Origin: Jimgerdemannia flammicorona
Lineage: Eukaryota
Direction of reading: 5' to 3'
Length of the DNA stretch: 32,026 nucleotides
Assembly: GCA_003990765.1 (NCBI GenBank)
Contig: RBNJ01000367.1
Location: 1-32,026 of the forward strand
The position numbers and the translations under genes were made by a program. A model generated the notes under the pieces. The model was not told where the DNA came from. It did not search any database and saw only the letters and a list, made by a program, of their open reading frames with translations. The first letter of the stretch is position 1; each line of letters opens with the position of its first letter. This document shows positions 11,940 through 24,417 of this stretch, piece by piece.

Positions 11940-13086
11940 GTCTTGGGCTGGTTGATTTTCTGAAGAGACTGTACTATCTGAGAGCATAGTGGCTGAAGAG
12001 AGTGGTGGAGTTGAGAGGGGATAGCTGGGTTCCCCTAATGCAGAAGGTCTGAGAGATGAGGTCCTCACTGAGAGGCTCTACAAGAGATCTACTGTCCTTG
12101 GTTGGGCTTCAGAATAATAGATACATATGGTACAAGGACTTCTGGTAGGAGGTATTAGATGGGGTATACCACATTGGAATCCACTGGAGGAGAAATGAAG
12201 GAGAGGTACCTTGGGACTCAGTAATGTAAAGATGGGATAGAGTTTTATTGAGAGACACTCTTCTGGTCAATTTCAATATTAGCAATGAGATTGAGTATCA
12301 AAGGGGCCCAGGGCAGGATCTGTGGCCCAGAGGATAGCAGTTGGCAGGTATTGGAGAGGAGTGGGATTGGAATGGGGTTTGGAACTGGAGTACTAAGGTA
12401 TGATAGTGGTTGCTACCAAAGTACTAAGTGGTCTGATGGTATATGCTGCAGAGAAATATCATGCTCAACTTCTGCTCAGACCACCTTGTTGAGGGGAGAA
12501 GCTTTGACTGTGAGGAGTACCACAATGTAGAACAAGAGGGAGGATTTGTACAGATGCCAGAACATTGGCTAAGAGAGTATGAAGTACTTGGTGACTTTTG
12601 GCTAGTAGTTGGGGATTAATTGGATATTATATATAGGAGAGATAGTAAGCAGGGTCAGTGGGAGAATTTGAGAGACAAATTGGTGGGGGGGGGGGTAGAA
12701 AAGGAGTGGCTGACTTTAGGTTGGACACTAGAAGTTTGGGTGGGGTTGGTAGGTCACTGGTTATTTGTTTTTGAGAAAAGGAGGAGTCTGGAGTTGGGGA
12801 TGAGGCTGTTGAGATAGCAAGGGTTAATGGAGGACATTATGACAGATTGGTGGCTTGGCTGGGGTCTGCAGGATGGTTGGAGGCATCACTTGGTAGAGAA
12901 AATCTATAGGCAGAGTGGAGGGAGAATTGGGGTTATGGGTGGTAAGGTGGTCTTTAAATGTGAAGATATAAGAGGAGACTCTCTTATGGGGATTGGGTAG
13001 TGGGAGAAAATCCTGTAACTGTAACTATAATAATATAGACTGGTAATAAATAGTAAAGTCCAAGTAACTATAAAAAAATAAAAAAA
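11936..13086 (+). mobile_element. 5'-truncated LINE (L1/Tx1-like) 3' end, copy 2
   Basis: + frame reads EGLGLVD...LRA*WLKR...FW*EVL...WNGVW...LPK...DCEEY...PEHWLREY...FW, i.e. the post-RT GGLGL motif and a decayed CCHC finger. AATAAA 13045-13050, A-rich tail 13072-13086. Confidence 0.82.
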
Positions 13087-13384
13087 GAACCATATTATGA
13101 AATTTCCTAATTGAGTATTATCTGTAGTAATATATCAATTCAACTAAGCCAGTCTTAGTTTCTTGAACTTCCTGAAATACAGAAAATCCTGAATATTCAA
13201 AACTAGTCCAAAAAAGGACTTTGATTGAGATATTAAACCAATCTTGAAATCAATAAGTATAGAGAATATACTCTATATAAAATTGATCTTAACCTAAAGA
13301 AAATGGTCTTCCAGAATATCCAGAACTTCCAGAAAACCCTTTTAGAACTACATAATAGTTACCTTAATAAGTAACTCTCTTATA
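13087..13384 (+). repeat. 5' LTR remnant of host gypsy element
   Basis: ~300-bp direct repeat of ~27427-27732, followed by a PBS-like sequence. Confidence 0.85.
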
Positions 13385-14792
13385 ACTTAGTAGTAATGGT
13401 TTACAATCTAATTCTACTTCAAGATGCTTTCTTATTCCACTACAAACCTCTATAAGAATTCCTATAAGTTAGTATAGAGCCTAACCTCTGAACTGGAATT
13501 TATCCCAAACTATCTAACAATCTAGAGAGAATTGAATCTGATGTATAAGGACAATTTGACCTCCATACCTGCAACAAGTGGGACAGACTTCATTCACAAA
13601 AAAAAGTACTTCAATTAAACTAGTAAATAGGTGAAATTCTATATACCAAACTCCTTGCTCTATACCCTGTAAGTCAAGATAAAGAAGATCTTATAGAAGC
13701 CTTCTTTACTCTTCTCAATAAGAGTTTTGTTAGCTCCACAAATCTGAGCAACCTAGGACAACCAGCAGCTGTCTTTCTAGCTTTAGTTCCTTATAAAGCC
13801 CAAGCCTCTATAGTCAAGTGGCTCAACTCTACCAACTTTCACCATACCAGGACCAAGACTGCCTTATACTACTACTTTCAAAATTGCAAGATCCACTATA
13901 TTCTTAAAGAAGAAGCTAGAGAAACCTTCTGTCAATAACCTGACCCTAAACCAGAAGTAGGCTCAATTATAACTCTATCTAAAACTAAGTCCAATACTGA
14001 ATCAGAACTATATTTTGAATTAAGCCTATCTGAAATCAGATATATAACTAATTCTATCTACTTTGATACTAAGCAAACCCAATTACATAGGGACCAAAGC
14101 CAAGAAGAGGAGGAGTATCTCAGTGAATTTGATCCTGGATATACTACTAAAGGAGATACACCTCCATCAGGACAAAATACACCTATATAGTGTAGCATCG
14201 GTTATGTATAATGAACTTCGACTGCATGGCTCAATGTGTGCCACTGGTGAAGCGCGTGATGGATGTGAGTGCGTTCACGATGGTTATGGGTCGATGGTCA
14301 CGTGATCGGGTCATTCGAAATGTGCAATAATAGTGGGACTTCGATCGTTCAATGATGACTCAATTGTTTAGTGGATAAGGGCAGCAATTATGCTGGCTAA
14401 GTTTCCTGGCAGCGATTAACTTGACGGCAAACTTGAATTTATGCAGCGACCTTGAATTTATGCGGTCAATTAAAGCAGGCAATGGTCTTGACTTTAAGCG
14501 GTTCGTGGCACAGTAGGTCGGGAAAATGGTCGACGGCTTGCTCGTCCGTCTTGTTTAGCTTGAGAGAGCAGGATAACTTGGGTCTTTGATGGTCGTTCGA
14601 GTATCTTGGAGGGTCTTAGGCTGTGGTTTTGTTTCCTTTGGCTGGGTATTCTTGGGTTTCTGGGTCTTGAATCTCAAATGGCAGTCTGAATGCACGGTCT
14701 GAATGGCAGCGGTCTGAATGCGTGGTCTGAATGGCGGCAGTCTGAATACGCAGCGGTCGTGGTCTTGAATCCTTTTTGTGGCGGCAAAATTG

Positions 14793-15826
14793 GCGGGCAG
14801 TCCATGGTCTTAAATCCTTGGCTGGGTAACTTGGGTCTCGAATGGCGGCGGTTGGGTAATGTTTTCTTTCTGTAGCAAGAGAAAATTCTTTAACTCAAAC
14901 TTCCAAGTGATCTGTTGCTCTAGGTTGTTATCTTGTTCTCAGAATTTATCCGGTCTCTTGGAGGCAGTGTGTTTTTTCTGTAAAACTGTCTGACTTGCGG
15001 GCAGTCCGTGGTCTTGAATCCTTGGCTGGGTCTTGGGTCTCGAATGGCAGTCGAATGGCAGCAGTCGGGTAACGTTTTCTTTCCATGGCAAGAGTAAATT
15101 CTTTAACTCAAACCTCAAGTGATCGTTGCTCTAGTTATCTTGTTCTCAGAATTTATCCGGTCTCTTGGAGGCAGTGTGTTTTCTCTGTAAAACTGTCTGA
15201 CTGAATTGCGGGCGGTCCATAGTCTTGAATCCTTGGCTGGGTCTCGGGTCTCGAATAGCGGTGGTCGGGTAATGTTTTCTTTCCATTGACAAGAGAAAAT
15301 TCTTTAACTCAAACCTCGAGTGATCGTTGCTCTAGTTATCTTATTCTCAGAATTTATCTGGTCTCTTGGAGGCAGTATGTTTTCTCTGTAAAACTGTCTG
15401 GCTGAATTGTGGGCGGTCCATGGTCTTGAATCCTTGGCTGGGTCTCGGGTCTCGAATGGCGGTCGAATGGCGGCAGTCGGGTAACGTTTTCTTTCCGTGG
15501 CAAGAGAAAATTCTTTAACTCAAACCTTGAGTGATCGTTGCTCTAGTTATTTTGTTCTCAGAATTTATCCGGTCTCTTGGAGGCAGTGTGTTTTCTCTGT
15601 AAAACTGTCTGACTGAATTGCGGGCAGTCCATGGTCTTGAATCCTTGGCTGGGTCTCAGGTCTCGAATGGTAGTCGAATGGTGGCGGTCAGGTAACATTT
15701 TCTTTCCGTGGCAAGAGAAAATTCTTTAACTCAAACCTTGAGCGATCATTGCTCTAGTTATCTTGTTCTCAGAATTTATCCGGTCTCTTGGAGGCAGTGT
15801 GTTTTCTCTGTAAAACTGTCTGACTG
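14793..15826. repeat. Tandem array, five units of ~201-211 bp
   Basis: Unit starts GCGGGCAGTCCATGGTCTTGAATCCTTGGCTGGG (with variants) at 14793, 14997, 15208, 15409, 15620. Confidence 0.95.
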
Positions 15827-15829
15827 AGG

Positions 15830-15861
15830 TTTATTCACTCTAAGAATATGGGGTATTTATA
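15830..15861 (-). promoter_or_regulatory. LTR TATA box (TATAAATACCCC) followed by AATAAA
   Basis: TATAAATACCCC 15861-15850 and AATAAA 15835-15830 on the minus strand. Same arrangement at 31313-31281. Confidence 0.65.
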
Positions 15862-15980
15862 CAAGTTTGCTAGCTATGGGGGAGGGGGCGCGACTAAGGC
15901 TAAGGTATACTATATTGTGGCGAACTTATGCTATTGGTTTGCATGATGTGAGGTGCAGGCTATTGTTTACTACAGATTGG

Positions 15981-16298
15981 GTTGTAGGGGATAGCCATGC
16001 TGGATTCGGACCTACTGACAAAATGCTGAAAACGGTGGTACTGGGTAGCAATGCTGGATTCGGATGAGCTGACATGATACGATGATTGTTACCAGAAGCA
16101 GTTGTGGAGGGTGGCAACGCTGGATTCGGATGAGCTGACAAAATGCTGAAAATGGTGGTACTGGGTAGCAACACTGGATTCGGATGAGCTGACATGATAC
16201 AATGATTATTGCCAGAAGCGGTTGTGGAGGGTGGCAACGCTGGATTCGGATGAGCTGACAAAATGCTGAAAACAGTGGTACTGGGTAGCAACACTGGA
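15981..16298. repeat. Tandem array, ~2.7 units of 120 bp (54+66-bp subunits)
   Basis: CTGGATTCGGATGAGCTGACA core recurring; 16021-16080 and 16141-16200 are near-identical. Confidence 0.93.
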
Positions 16299-16347
16299 AA
16301 CAGACTTGCTGACAAAAGCTGGGTTCTCACGGCTGATGGGCGGTACT

Positions 16348-17334
16348 CTAGAGAAAATAGTACCCTTCGTCTGTGGCAGGCAAATCTTGCTGGGTTGTGA
16401 TTTCTTCTTCATCATATCTCTCCTCAAAGGGGGGAAGCGCTGGCCAAGAGGTGAGGGGGTAGAAAAGTGGCCAGTCATCTTCAACAACATTTTCCAATCC
16501 CTGAACTACTTGAATGCAGACAGAGGACTGGTAGACTCTCTGTTGCTCCTCTTCTTCTTCTGAAGACTCATCAGTTTCAGTGTCAGAGGGGGTTTCTTCA
16601 GGAGCAGGGCCTTGGAGTTCTTGGGCCTCCTCTTTAAAGACAGGAACTTCTTGGGCTTCTTCTTGATTCAGTTCCCAAATGATGAGGTGTAAATTGTGGC
16701 TGATAGAGTGGTGGGTGGTTGGGGTAGCTTCAACGGGTACCTCTATAGTGATGGGTGGTCCTTCAAATATCTCCATAAGACTCATTAGGTGACCTTGATG
16801 GTTGTCTCGGAGTGGGGTGGTGTGGAAACCTGGTTGAGTAGGTTTAGTTTGTTGGCTTCCTACGGTGATGCAGTTGCTGCCAATAGCATTGGCTACTTCA
16901 GATTCTATCCAGTCAGCATCTTCAGTTGAAAGACAGGAGAGACTGCTAGCTGTTACTCCTTGCAAGTGTGCTATAGCCCAGGGGATATGGCGGAAGATTT
17001 GATGGACATGAAGGGCTCTCTTGATTAGCCGGCTGGTGGTTAACATTTCGGCAATGAGGTCTTCCTGGTCGTCTTCTTGAGTCTCATTGTGGAGGTGGTG
17101 TCCGATTTCATAGTCATACCAGAGGGTCATTCGTTCAGTAGTATCTTTGAGCTATTGGGTCATTATATACCGGTAGTTAATGAAGTGTCCAAGGTCCTCA
17201 GTGTAGAAGTTCAAGTGTTCGGAAGTATCTGGGCACCAGATGGCCTTCTTGATAGCTTCAAAGATCAGGGTCTTTGGGCCAGGCAAAGGGGTAGAGCAGC
17301 GGGAGGTCTGGTTGGTTCAGCGAATGGAAGGCAT
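16348..17334 (-). pseudogene. Unknown ~328-aa protein with acidic C-terminus (HQIFRHxPW family), two nonsense mutations
   Basis: The 260-aa ORF 16348-17130 extends in frame to ATG 17334 through TAG (17154-17152) and TGA (17319-17317), each one C>T step from CAG/CGA. Homologous to the ORF at 31524-32024. Confidence 0.72.
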
Positions 17335-18326
17335 TGTGTGGTGGGTACTTGGTTCTTTGGTGCCGATCCTTGAGGCAGAGTATGGTTCCTTAAATAATGT
17401 AGTCTTCATTTTGGCTCAGATCATCTTGTCTTCTTTTGGGATGATCACCTAATGGGTCAGGCTATCTATTTGATTGTCACGCCATTATGTCATCTGATCT
17501 TAGCAGTCACCGGTACTCCATTATTAATTGTGTATGTCACAATAGCAACAAACAACTATCTATCAAGCCCTTACTCCAGACTTATAACTATTACTCCAGC
17601 AACTTACACAGACTCAAAGAACATCATCACACTCTGCACCAGTACCTCAAGTAGTACCAGTAATACCACTACTAGTAGTTCAACCACCTCCAGTAAACAA
17701 TATAGCAAACCAATAGATTCTAGACCTTATAGCTCAGAGGGCTATAATGACAGCAACCATCACTGCCTTAGCTAAACAGATCTGACCAATAAAAAATCTG
17801 AGCCTATCTACCTTCAATAGTACTGCACAAGAAGTTCAAAGCTTCATTAGTATAGTTGATACTAATTTCAAAGCTAACCAATAGACCAATGAGTGAGTTA
17901 CTGACTGCCTTCTGACAAATAATCAAGACCACACTCTGAAATAACTCTTTGCTACTACTATGGCCTATGTCTGTTGAATTGTTACATTCTTCTAAGGACC
18001 TGCCAAAGAATGGTGGTGAACTCTTCCTAAAAAACCCCTCATATGGGATACTTGACCTACAATTGTTGTCAAAATATAGCAAATAATATCTCAGAATATG
18101 GAGTATATCCTGCAGCTTCTGGACTCAAACAACTCATAATTGCTCAATACTACAGTGAAACTCTGATTGCCAAATCTCAAGTATATAAAACTCTATAACC
18201 TTAAATTTGATATATATAGAAAGAAGGAATTCAAAACCTTCTATACAAAACTCAAGTCACTCCTGAATACCATTGACCTAGAATATATTATCAATAATGA
18301 AGTACAAAATAGTACAAGAGTAGACC

Positions 18327-18790
18327 TGTAATAATTTTACAGTCATATTTAGTCATAGTACATTTTCATGTCTTTTAGTTAGTCTTTTCTTATCATTTCT
18401 TGAATATTCTACTATGTTCCACCACCTTCTACTTGCTTAGAAACCTTCTCTTGGTGCACAGATACCATTAGAACATTCTTGTCTTTCCTTAGTACCAAGT
18501 ATCTTATCTTAGCTAGTCATGGAACCTTTCAGAACATTGTAGAATAGTATTAGTCAGCTTTGCTGAGAACCTATTTCTTGGCATTTCTCTTTCTTTCCAA
18601 AATCTTTCTGGATCTTTCTTTCAGATCATATATAAATATCCTTGTTCTCTACGTAAATAAAGCTCAGAATATTTTCTCTCAGAAATTCTTCAAGAACACT
18701 TGAACCTTTAAGTATCTCTTCAAGCTACTTTAGGCCAACTAGAACTTTCAGATTTAGCTGCTTCCTCTTAAAGAAACTAGAACTATTATA
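18327..18790 (+). repeat. 5' LTR
   Basis: Direct repeat of 23968-24417, differing mostly by transitions. Confidence 0.95.
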
Positions 18791-18880
18791 CTTGATAGCA
18801 GTGGTATCATTATATCTTGCCTTATTAAGAAACCTCACATGAATTCAGAAACCAGTCACAAATAGTTATACAAACCCAAA

Positions 18881-21800
18881 ATGAGCCATGAAGAGTCAGT
18901 CTACCAGCCAGACCCCTCTGCTATAGAAGAAGTAAGAGGATTATAGCTCAACATAGAAGATATGATCAATGCTATGGTCCACCAAATCCAAGAACTTCAA
19001 GCACAACTAGAACAGCAGAAAACAAGAACTGTGAGTATATCATATTCTGCTATAGTATTAGTCAGTTTTAAGTCACTCAAGCCAGATATCTTCAATAGCT
19101 ATTAAGGAGAGCTATCTACAGATGCATGGACCTTCCAGTTAGACCAATACTTTAAGCTCATAAGAATGGAAGAAGACATGTAAGTCTAATTTTCCACCAC
19201 ACTTCTCTGAGGAAATGTAGCTATCTAGTGGTATAATTATATCATGGTTACCTCTGTACACTTATATATATATATAAATCAGAGACTGAGAAGCCTTCAA
19301 GAGAGCCCTTCATAAGCAGTTTAAGCCTGCTAATGCTACTAAACTAACTAGGGACAAGCTAGCAAACATCAAGTAACTCAAGTCTGTACAAAGTTATAAT
19401 GCACAATTCTTGTCAATCCTACTTGAGCTATCAGTGATATCTAAGGACAAAAAGATAGACTGCTATATCCAAGGCTTAAAGGGAAATACATAAGTCAAGG
19501 TCAAGCTAGAAGAGCCCAAAAACCTTGATGAAGCCATGAGAATTACCAATAGGTTTGATGTTATTACCTTTGGTAACTACTTTGAACCAGAACACTACAA
19601 GAAGAACTACTTTAAGAACTACCACAAGAACCAATCAAGGACAGTTGGCCTGGCACTAATGGACTTAGACATTATGAACAAAAAGAATACCAAGCTTATC
19701 TCTGAAGAAAAGGACTGCTTAAAGAAATCCAGGGCCTGTTTCTTCTGTTGCCAAACAGGACACATTGCAACTAAATATCCTAAGAAGACTAGTGAACCCT
19801 CAAGACCAGTCACTGTATTGTCCAAAGACACATCTGTTAACCCCACCACCAGTCAACCTAAGCTCAAGATCAAGAAGCTTCATCTGAGAGTCCAGATCCC
19901 TTAATATCAAACAGAAGGAGCTATTGGTCTTGACCTACACTTTATCAAACAAGTCACTATTTCAGCCAAGGGCCAAACTCTGGTACCTACTGGAATTGCA
20001 GTTCAATGTCCTGAAGGACATTATGCTAGAATTACACTATGATTAGGACTCAGTGTTAAACATAATTTAGATATAGATACTGGTATCATTGACCCAGACT
20101 TTTGAGGACAAGTTCAAGTTCTGCTTATCAACCAGAAGGATCAAGACTATATAGTCAAGAAAAGAGACTGAGTCATACAAATGATCTTAGAAAAAGCCAG
20201 TCAACTCAAGATTACAGAAGTCCAAGAACTCTCTGAGACCAAATAAGATTAAAAAGATTTTGATAGCACTGATCAAGCAGTAAGTCTTAGTGAAAATCAA
20301 GCTCAAGCTATACTCATTTTCAAAGGTCTAGTCAAAGGAAAAGAAGTTCAAGTACTCATAGACAGCAGAGCTGCAGAGAACTTCATCAATTAGAATCTCA
20401 TTGAAAGTTTCGAGATCCTTACCAAGTCTATACCTAAGAATTATAGTATAGTTACTACAGATGATACTCTGCACCTCATTGAGTCATTTGCTACCAAACT
20501 ACTCATCAAGATTCAGAAATATTGAGAATGAGTAGACTTTGAGGTTGTACCACTAAGAGATCATAACCTGATCTTAAAAAAAACCCTGACTTATAAAATA
20601 CAACCCAGACATCAATTGGTGTAAGAATGAAGTCATCTTACTTTAAGATGGAGCCAATATCACTATCAAGATAGACAAGACCATGAGCAAGACCCAGATT
20701 ACAATACTATCAGCTATATAGTACAAAAGAGCACTCAAGACAACAATGCATGCCTTTATTGTAATGGTCTATCCTAAGAAATAAGACAAGAGACTATTAG
20801 TTAATGAAAGTGTCAAGTTACTGCTAGAAGAATTCAAGGATATCTTTTCAGACAAGCTACCTGGTCTACCACCTATATGAGAAGTTGATTATGAAATTGA
20901 ACTGACTCCAGGAGCTATACTACCCAAGAAACATATATACTGCATATCACCACTTGAAATTGAAGTAGTCAAGAAAGAACTAGAAGAACTACTTACATGA
21001 GGAGCCATTCAGTCAAGCAAATCTCCTTATGGCTCACCAGTCTTATTCATCAAGAAGAAGGATAATACCCTGCAAATATGTATAGACTATCATATACTCA
21101 ACAAACTCACTGTTAAGAACTGCTATCCACTACCCTTAATTGATCAAATCTTTGATGCTCTTAAGAATACCAAGTACTTCACCAAGTTGGACCTTATGTC
21201 AGAATACCACCAGATTCGAATCAAGCCAGAAGATATTCCCAAGACTGTATTCATGACCTCCTTTGGACTCTATGAATTTCTGGTCTTAGCATTTGGTCTC
21301 ACCAATATACCTGCCACATTTCAGACCCTGATGAATAAGATATTCAAGGACCAACTATTTATTTTCCTATTGATATATCTCAACAATATCCTGATCTTTA
21401 GTGCAACTAAAGAAGAATACCTCAAATACATTTGAATAGTTCTGGAGATCCTGCAAAAATACAAGCTTTATACCAAGCTCAAGAAGTATGAATTCTTTAA
21501 GGAACAAGTTGAATACCTTGGCCATATTATCTCTATATAAGGTATTCAAGTAGACCCACACAAAATAGAAGTAATTAAAGAATGGCCCATTCCATCAAAC
21601 CTTACAGAACTCCAATCCTTCCTTGGTCTAGCTGGCTACTACTACTGCTTTATCAGAAACTTCTCTAGTATTGCTGAGCTACTGACTAATCTCATGAGGA
21701 AGACTCTACACTCAGACCACTATATACCCTATATCTGAGACCTCTTCTGTCAATAAGTCTTTTAAGAACTCAAGAACTACCTGACCCATGCTCCAGTCCT

Positions 21801-23657
21801 GATAATGCAGATCAAGGCCTAAAATTCACAGTCACCACTAATACATCAAATTTTGCTATTGGAGCAGTCCTATCATAAGATGATGGCAAAGAATATCATT
21901 CCATTGCTTTCAAGTCCCATAAGTTAACTCTAGCTGAACAAAAGCTAGTCACTTATAAGAAGGAACTACTGGCAATAATACATGTACTAGACTACTGGCA
22001 ATGCTATCTAGAAGATATTGAGTTTGATGTCATTACTGATCATCAATCTCTCAAGTACATCAATACTTAATCTACTCTATTATATCTATAAGCCAAGTAG
22101 AGCCTCAAGCTTCAAACCTTCAATCCAATAATCATCTACAAGTCTGGCAAGACACTTGTAGTACCAGATACCTTATCAAGATACTCAGACCTTGCCACAA
22201 TTATGCAGGTTACCTTGGCATCAGAATTCCTAGACCAAATTAGACAAGCTTACAAAGAAGACATAGTTGCTACTAGAGTTTTCTCAAATGAGCTCAAGGA
22301 TACATATACTGTTGAGAATAACTTGATCTATCATCAAGATTAAGTCTATCTACCTGAAAACATGAATCTACACTATAAGGTTTTATAAGAACACTATGAC
22401 TCCCCTCTTACTAGTTACCTGAGAATTGAGAAGACTGTCAAGAATATCTAACACTACTACTATTAGCCAAGCATGGTCAAGGAAATCAAGAACTATATTG
22501 CTAGCTATGATCTATATCAGCACAACAAGTCTACCAATCAAGCACCAGCTAGTTTGCTACAACTATTACTAATTTTCACTAAGAAATTCAAGCAAGTTAC
22601 CATAGACTTTATAACTCAACTACCATGAACTCAATCTGGTACTGATGCTATCATCATATTTGTTGACTGCCTGACCAAGACTATGGTTGCTGAACCAACC
22701 ACTATCAATACTACTATACCTGAGATTGTAAGAATCTTCTTCAAGTCTATCTTCTGTCACTATGGTCTACCATGAGTAATTGTCAGTAATTGTGACCCTC
22801 AAGTTCACTAGTTACTTCTGACAAACTCTCTTCAAGACTCTGAAAACCCAATTAGCTATGTCTACTGCTTTTCACCCACAAACTAATGAACAAACTGAGT
22901 ACATGAACAGAATTCTAGAACAAATACTTAGAAACTATATTTCTTATAAGTAAGATGATTGAGACCACTATCTGACTTATATAGAGTTTATATATAACAA
23001 TACTGTCCAATTATCTACTGATCTTTCTTCTTTCTGGTTACTCCATAGTCAAGATCTCAAGACCTCTACAAGTCTATTCTTTTTTAAGAAAAGCAGTTAA
23101 ATACAAGTCTCAATCACCAGGAACCTTACAGACAAAATGGATGAACTACTCAAGATTGCTACTATGAATCTTCAGAAGGCTCAATAGCATCAAGCCAAGT
23201 ATACTGATAAGAAATGCCATGATATCACTTACACTATTGGAGATCAAGTTTTACTGTCTACTGAATCTCAAGATATAATCTCAAGTCAACCACCCTTCAA
23301 ACAAGTTCTAACCTAAATATATTAGACCTTTCAAGATTACCAAACAAGTCTCTGTATCCTCCTACTACCTCAAGCTACCTGAAACCATGAGAGTATACCC
23401 AGTCTTTCATGTGTCACACCTCAAGATCTGGAATCAGTCACTGCTCTACTCTGATCAAATTCCTAAGCCTTCTATCCCTATGATTATTGAAGACCATATT
23501 GAGTATGAAGCTAAACAATTAAATCTGCTACTACTGTCCTGAATACCTAGTCAAGTGGATGGATTACTCTGAATATGATACTATCTGAGAACCACTGGTC
23601 AACCTCAAGAACTCTCAAGATCTAGTTTAAGACTTTGAGACAAAATGCATTATCTAA
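18881..23657 (+). pseudogene. Gypsy gag-pol pseudogene
   Basis: gag DAWTFQLDQYF and knuckle CFFCCQTGHIATKY; protease LIDSRAAENFI (~20360); RT AFGLTNIPATFQ...YLNN (from YLDD, 21187-21435); RNase H and integrase (FHPQTNEQTE ~22880); chromodomain EYLVKW..*EP..NL (~23540-23610). Many stops. Confidence 0.93.
19860..20273 (+). pseudogene. dUTPase domain between gag and protease (nested element)
   Basis: All five trimeric dUTPase motifs in decayed form: AIGLDL, RITL*LG (PRSG), GIIDPDF*G, RD*VIQ (GDRIAQ), *D*KDFDST (RGxxGFGST). Confidence 0.92.
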
Positions 23658-23967
23658 TCTCTATAGTGACTTCCTTGGATTGTTGACAACCTTTAGCAAT
23701 AATCAGTGCCTTATGTATTAGAAGTTTACTTTAGGACCCCAGAACTAGTAGAACATTTAATGAATAAGAAGTCCACTGAAATAAAGCTACTAGCTGGGTT
23801 TAAACCCCTCCTAGTTGGTTAGTCTGGTAATAGATTCTCTGTTCTATATAAGGATAGCCAATCTCTGCCAATGTACTGATATAAGTTTGAGAAATTTTGG
23901 TTAAGTATATCTAGTTTTGTGTTACCTAAGAACTTAATGAGAATGTTAGTTCTTAAGAAGGGAGGGA

Positions 23968-24417
23968 TGTAACAATTTTACAGTCATATTTAGTCATAGT
24001 ATATTTTTGTGTCTTTTAGTTAGTCTTTTCTTATTATTTCTTAAACATTCTACTATGTTCTGCCACCTTCTACTTACTTAGAAACCTTCTCTCAGTACTC
24101 AAACACTACTAGAACATTCTTATCTTTCCTTGGTACCAAGTACTTTGTCTTAGCTAGTTATGAAACCTTTTAGAACATTGTAGAATAGTATTAGTCAGCT
24201 TTGTTGAGAATCTATTTCTTGGTATTTCTCTTTCTTTTCAGATCTTTCTTTTAGATATATAAATATTCTTGTTCTCTGTCTGAATAAAGCTCAGAATATT
24301 TTCTCTCAGAAATTCTTCAAGAACACTTGAACCTTTAAGTATCTCTTTAAGCTACTTTAGACCAACTAGAATTTCCAGATTTAGCTGCTTCCTCTTAAAG
24401 AAACTAGAACTGTTACA
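23968..24417 (+). repeat. 3' LTR
   Basis: TGTAACA...TGTTACA, preceded by the PPT. Confidence 0.95.

Larger units (their letters stand above)
14191..17541 (-). mobile_element. 3.35-kb solo-LTR-like insertion carrying an ORF, tandem arrays and a TATA box
   Basis: Termini TGTAGCA...TGTCACA flanked by a 4-bp TSD ATAG (14187-14190, 17542-17545). Removing it rejoins the host gag frame. Retains many CpGs, unlike its flanks. No RT or IN motifs seen inside. Confidence 0.8.
18327..24417 (+). mobile_element. Full-length decayed Ty3/gypsy chromovirus with dUTPase
   Basis: LTRs 18327-18790 and 23968-24417 (TGTAA...TTACA). TSD AGACC/AGACT. PBS-like CTTGATAGCA at 18791 (resembles tRNA-iMet TGGTAGCG). PPT AAGAAGGGAGGGA 23955-23967. 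Internal order gag-dUTPase-PR-RT-RH-IN-chromodomain. Confidence 0.95.

Noticed and set aside
12455..12566. Minus-strand signal-peptide-like frame (MFWHLYKSSLLFYIVVLLTVKASPL)
   Set aside because: Antisense shadow of the LINE ORF2 zinc-finger region on the + strand.
15926..16330. 134-aa repetitive ORF
   Set aside because: Read-through of the 120-bp tandem array (unit divisible by 3), with no independent coding evidence.
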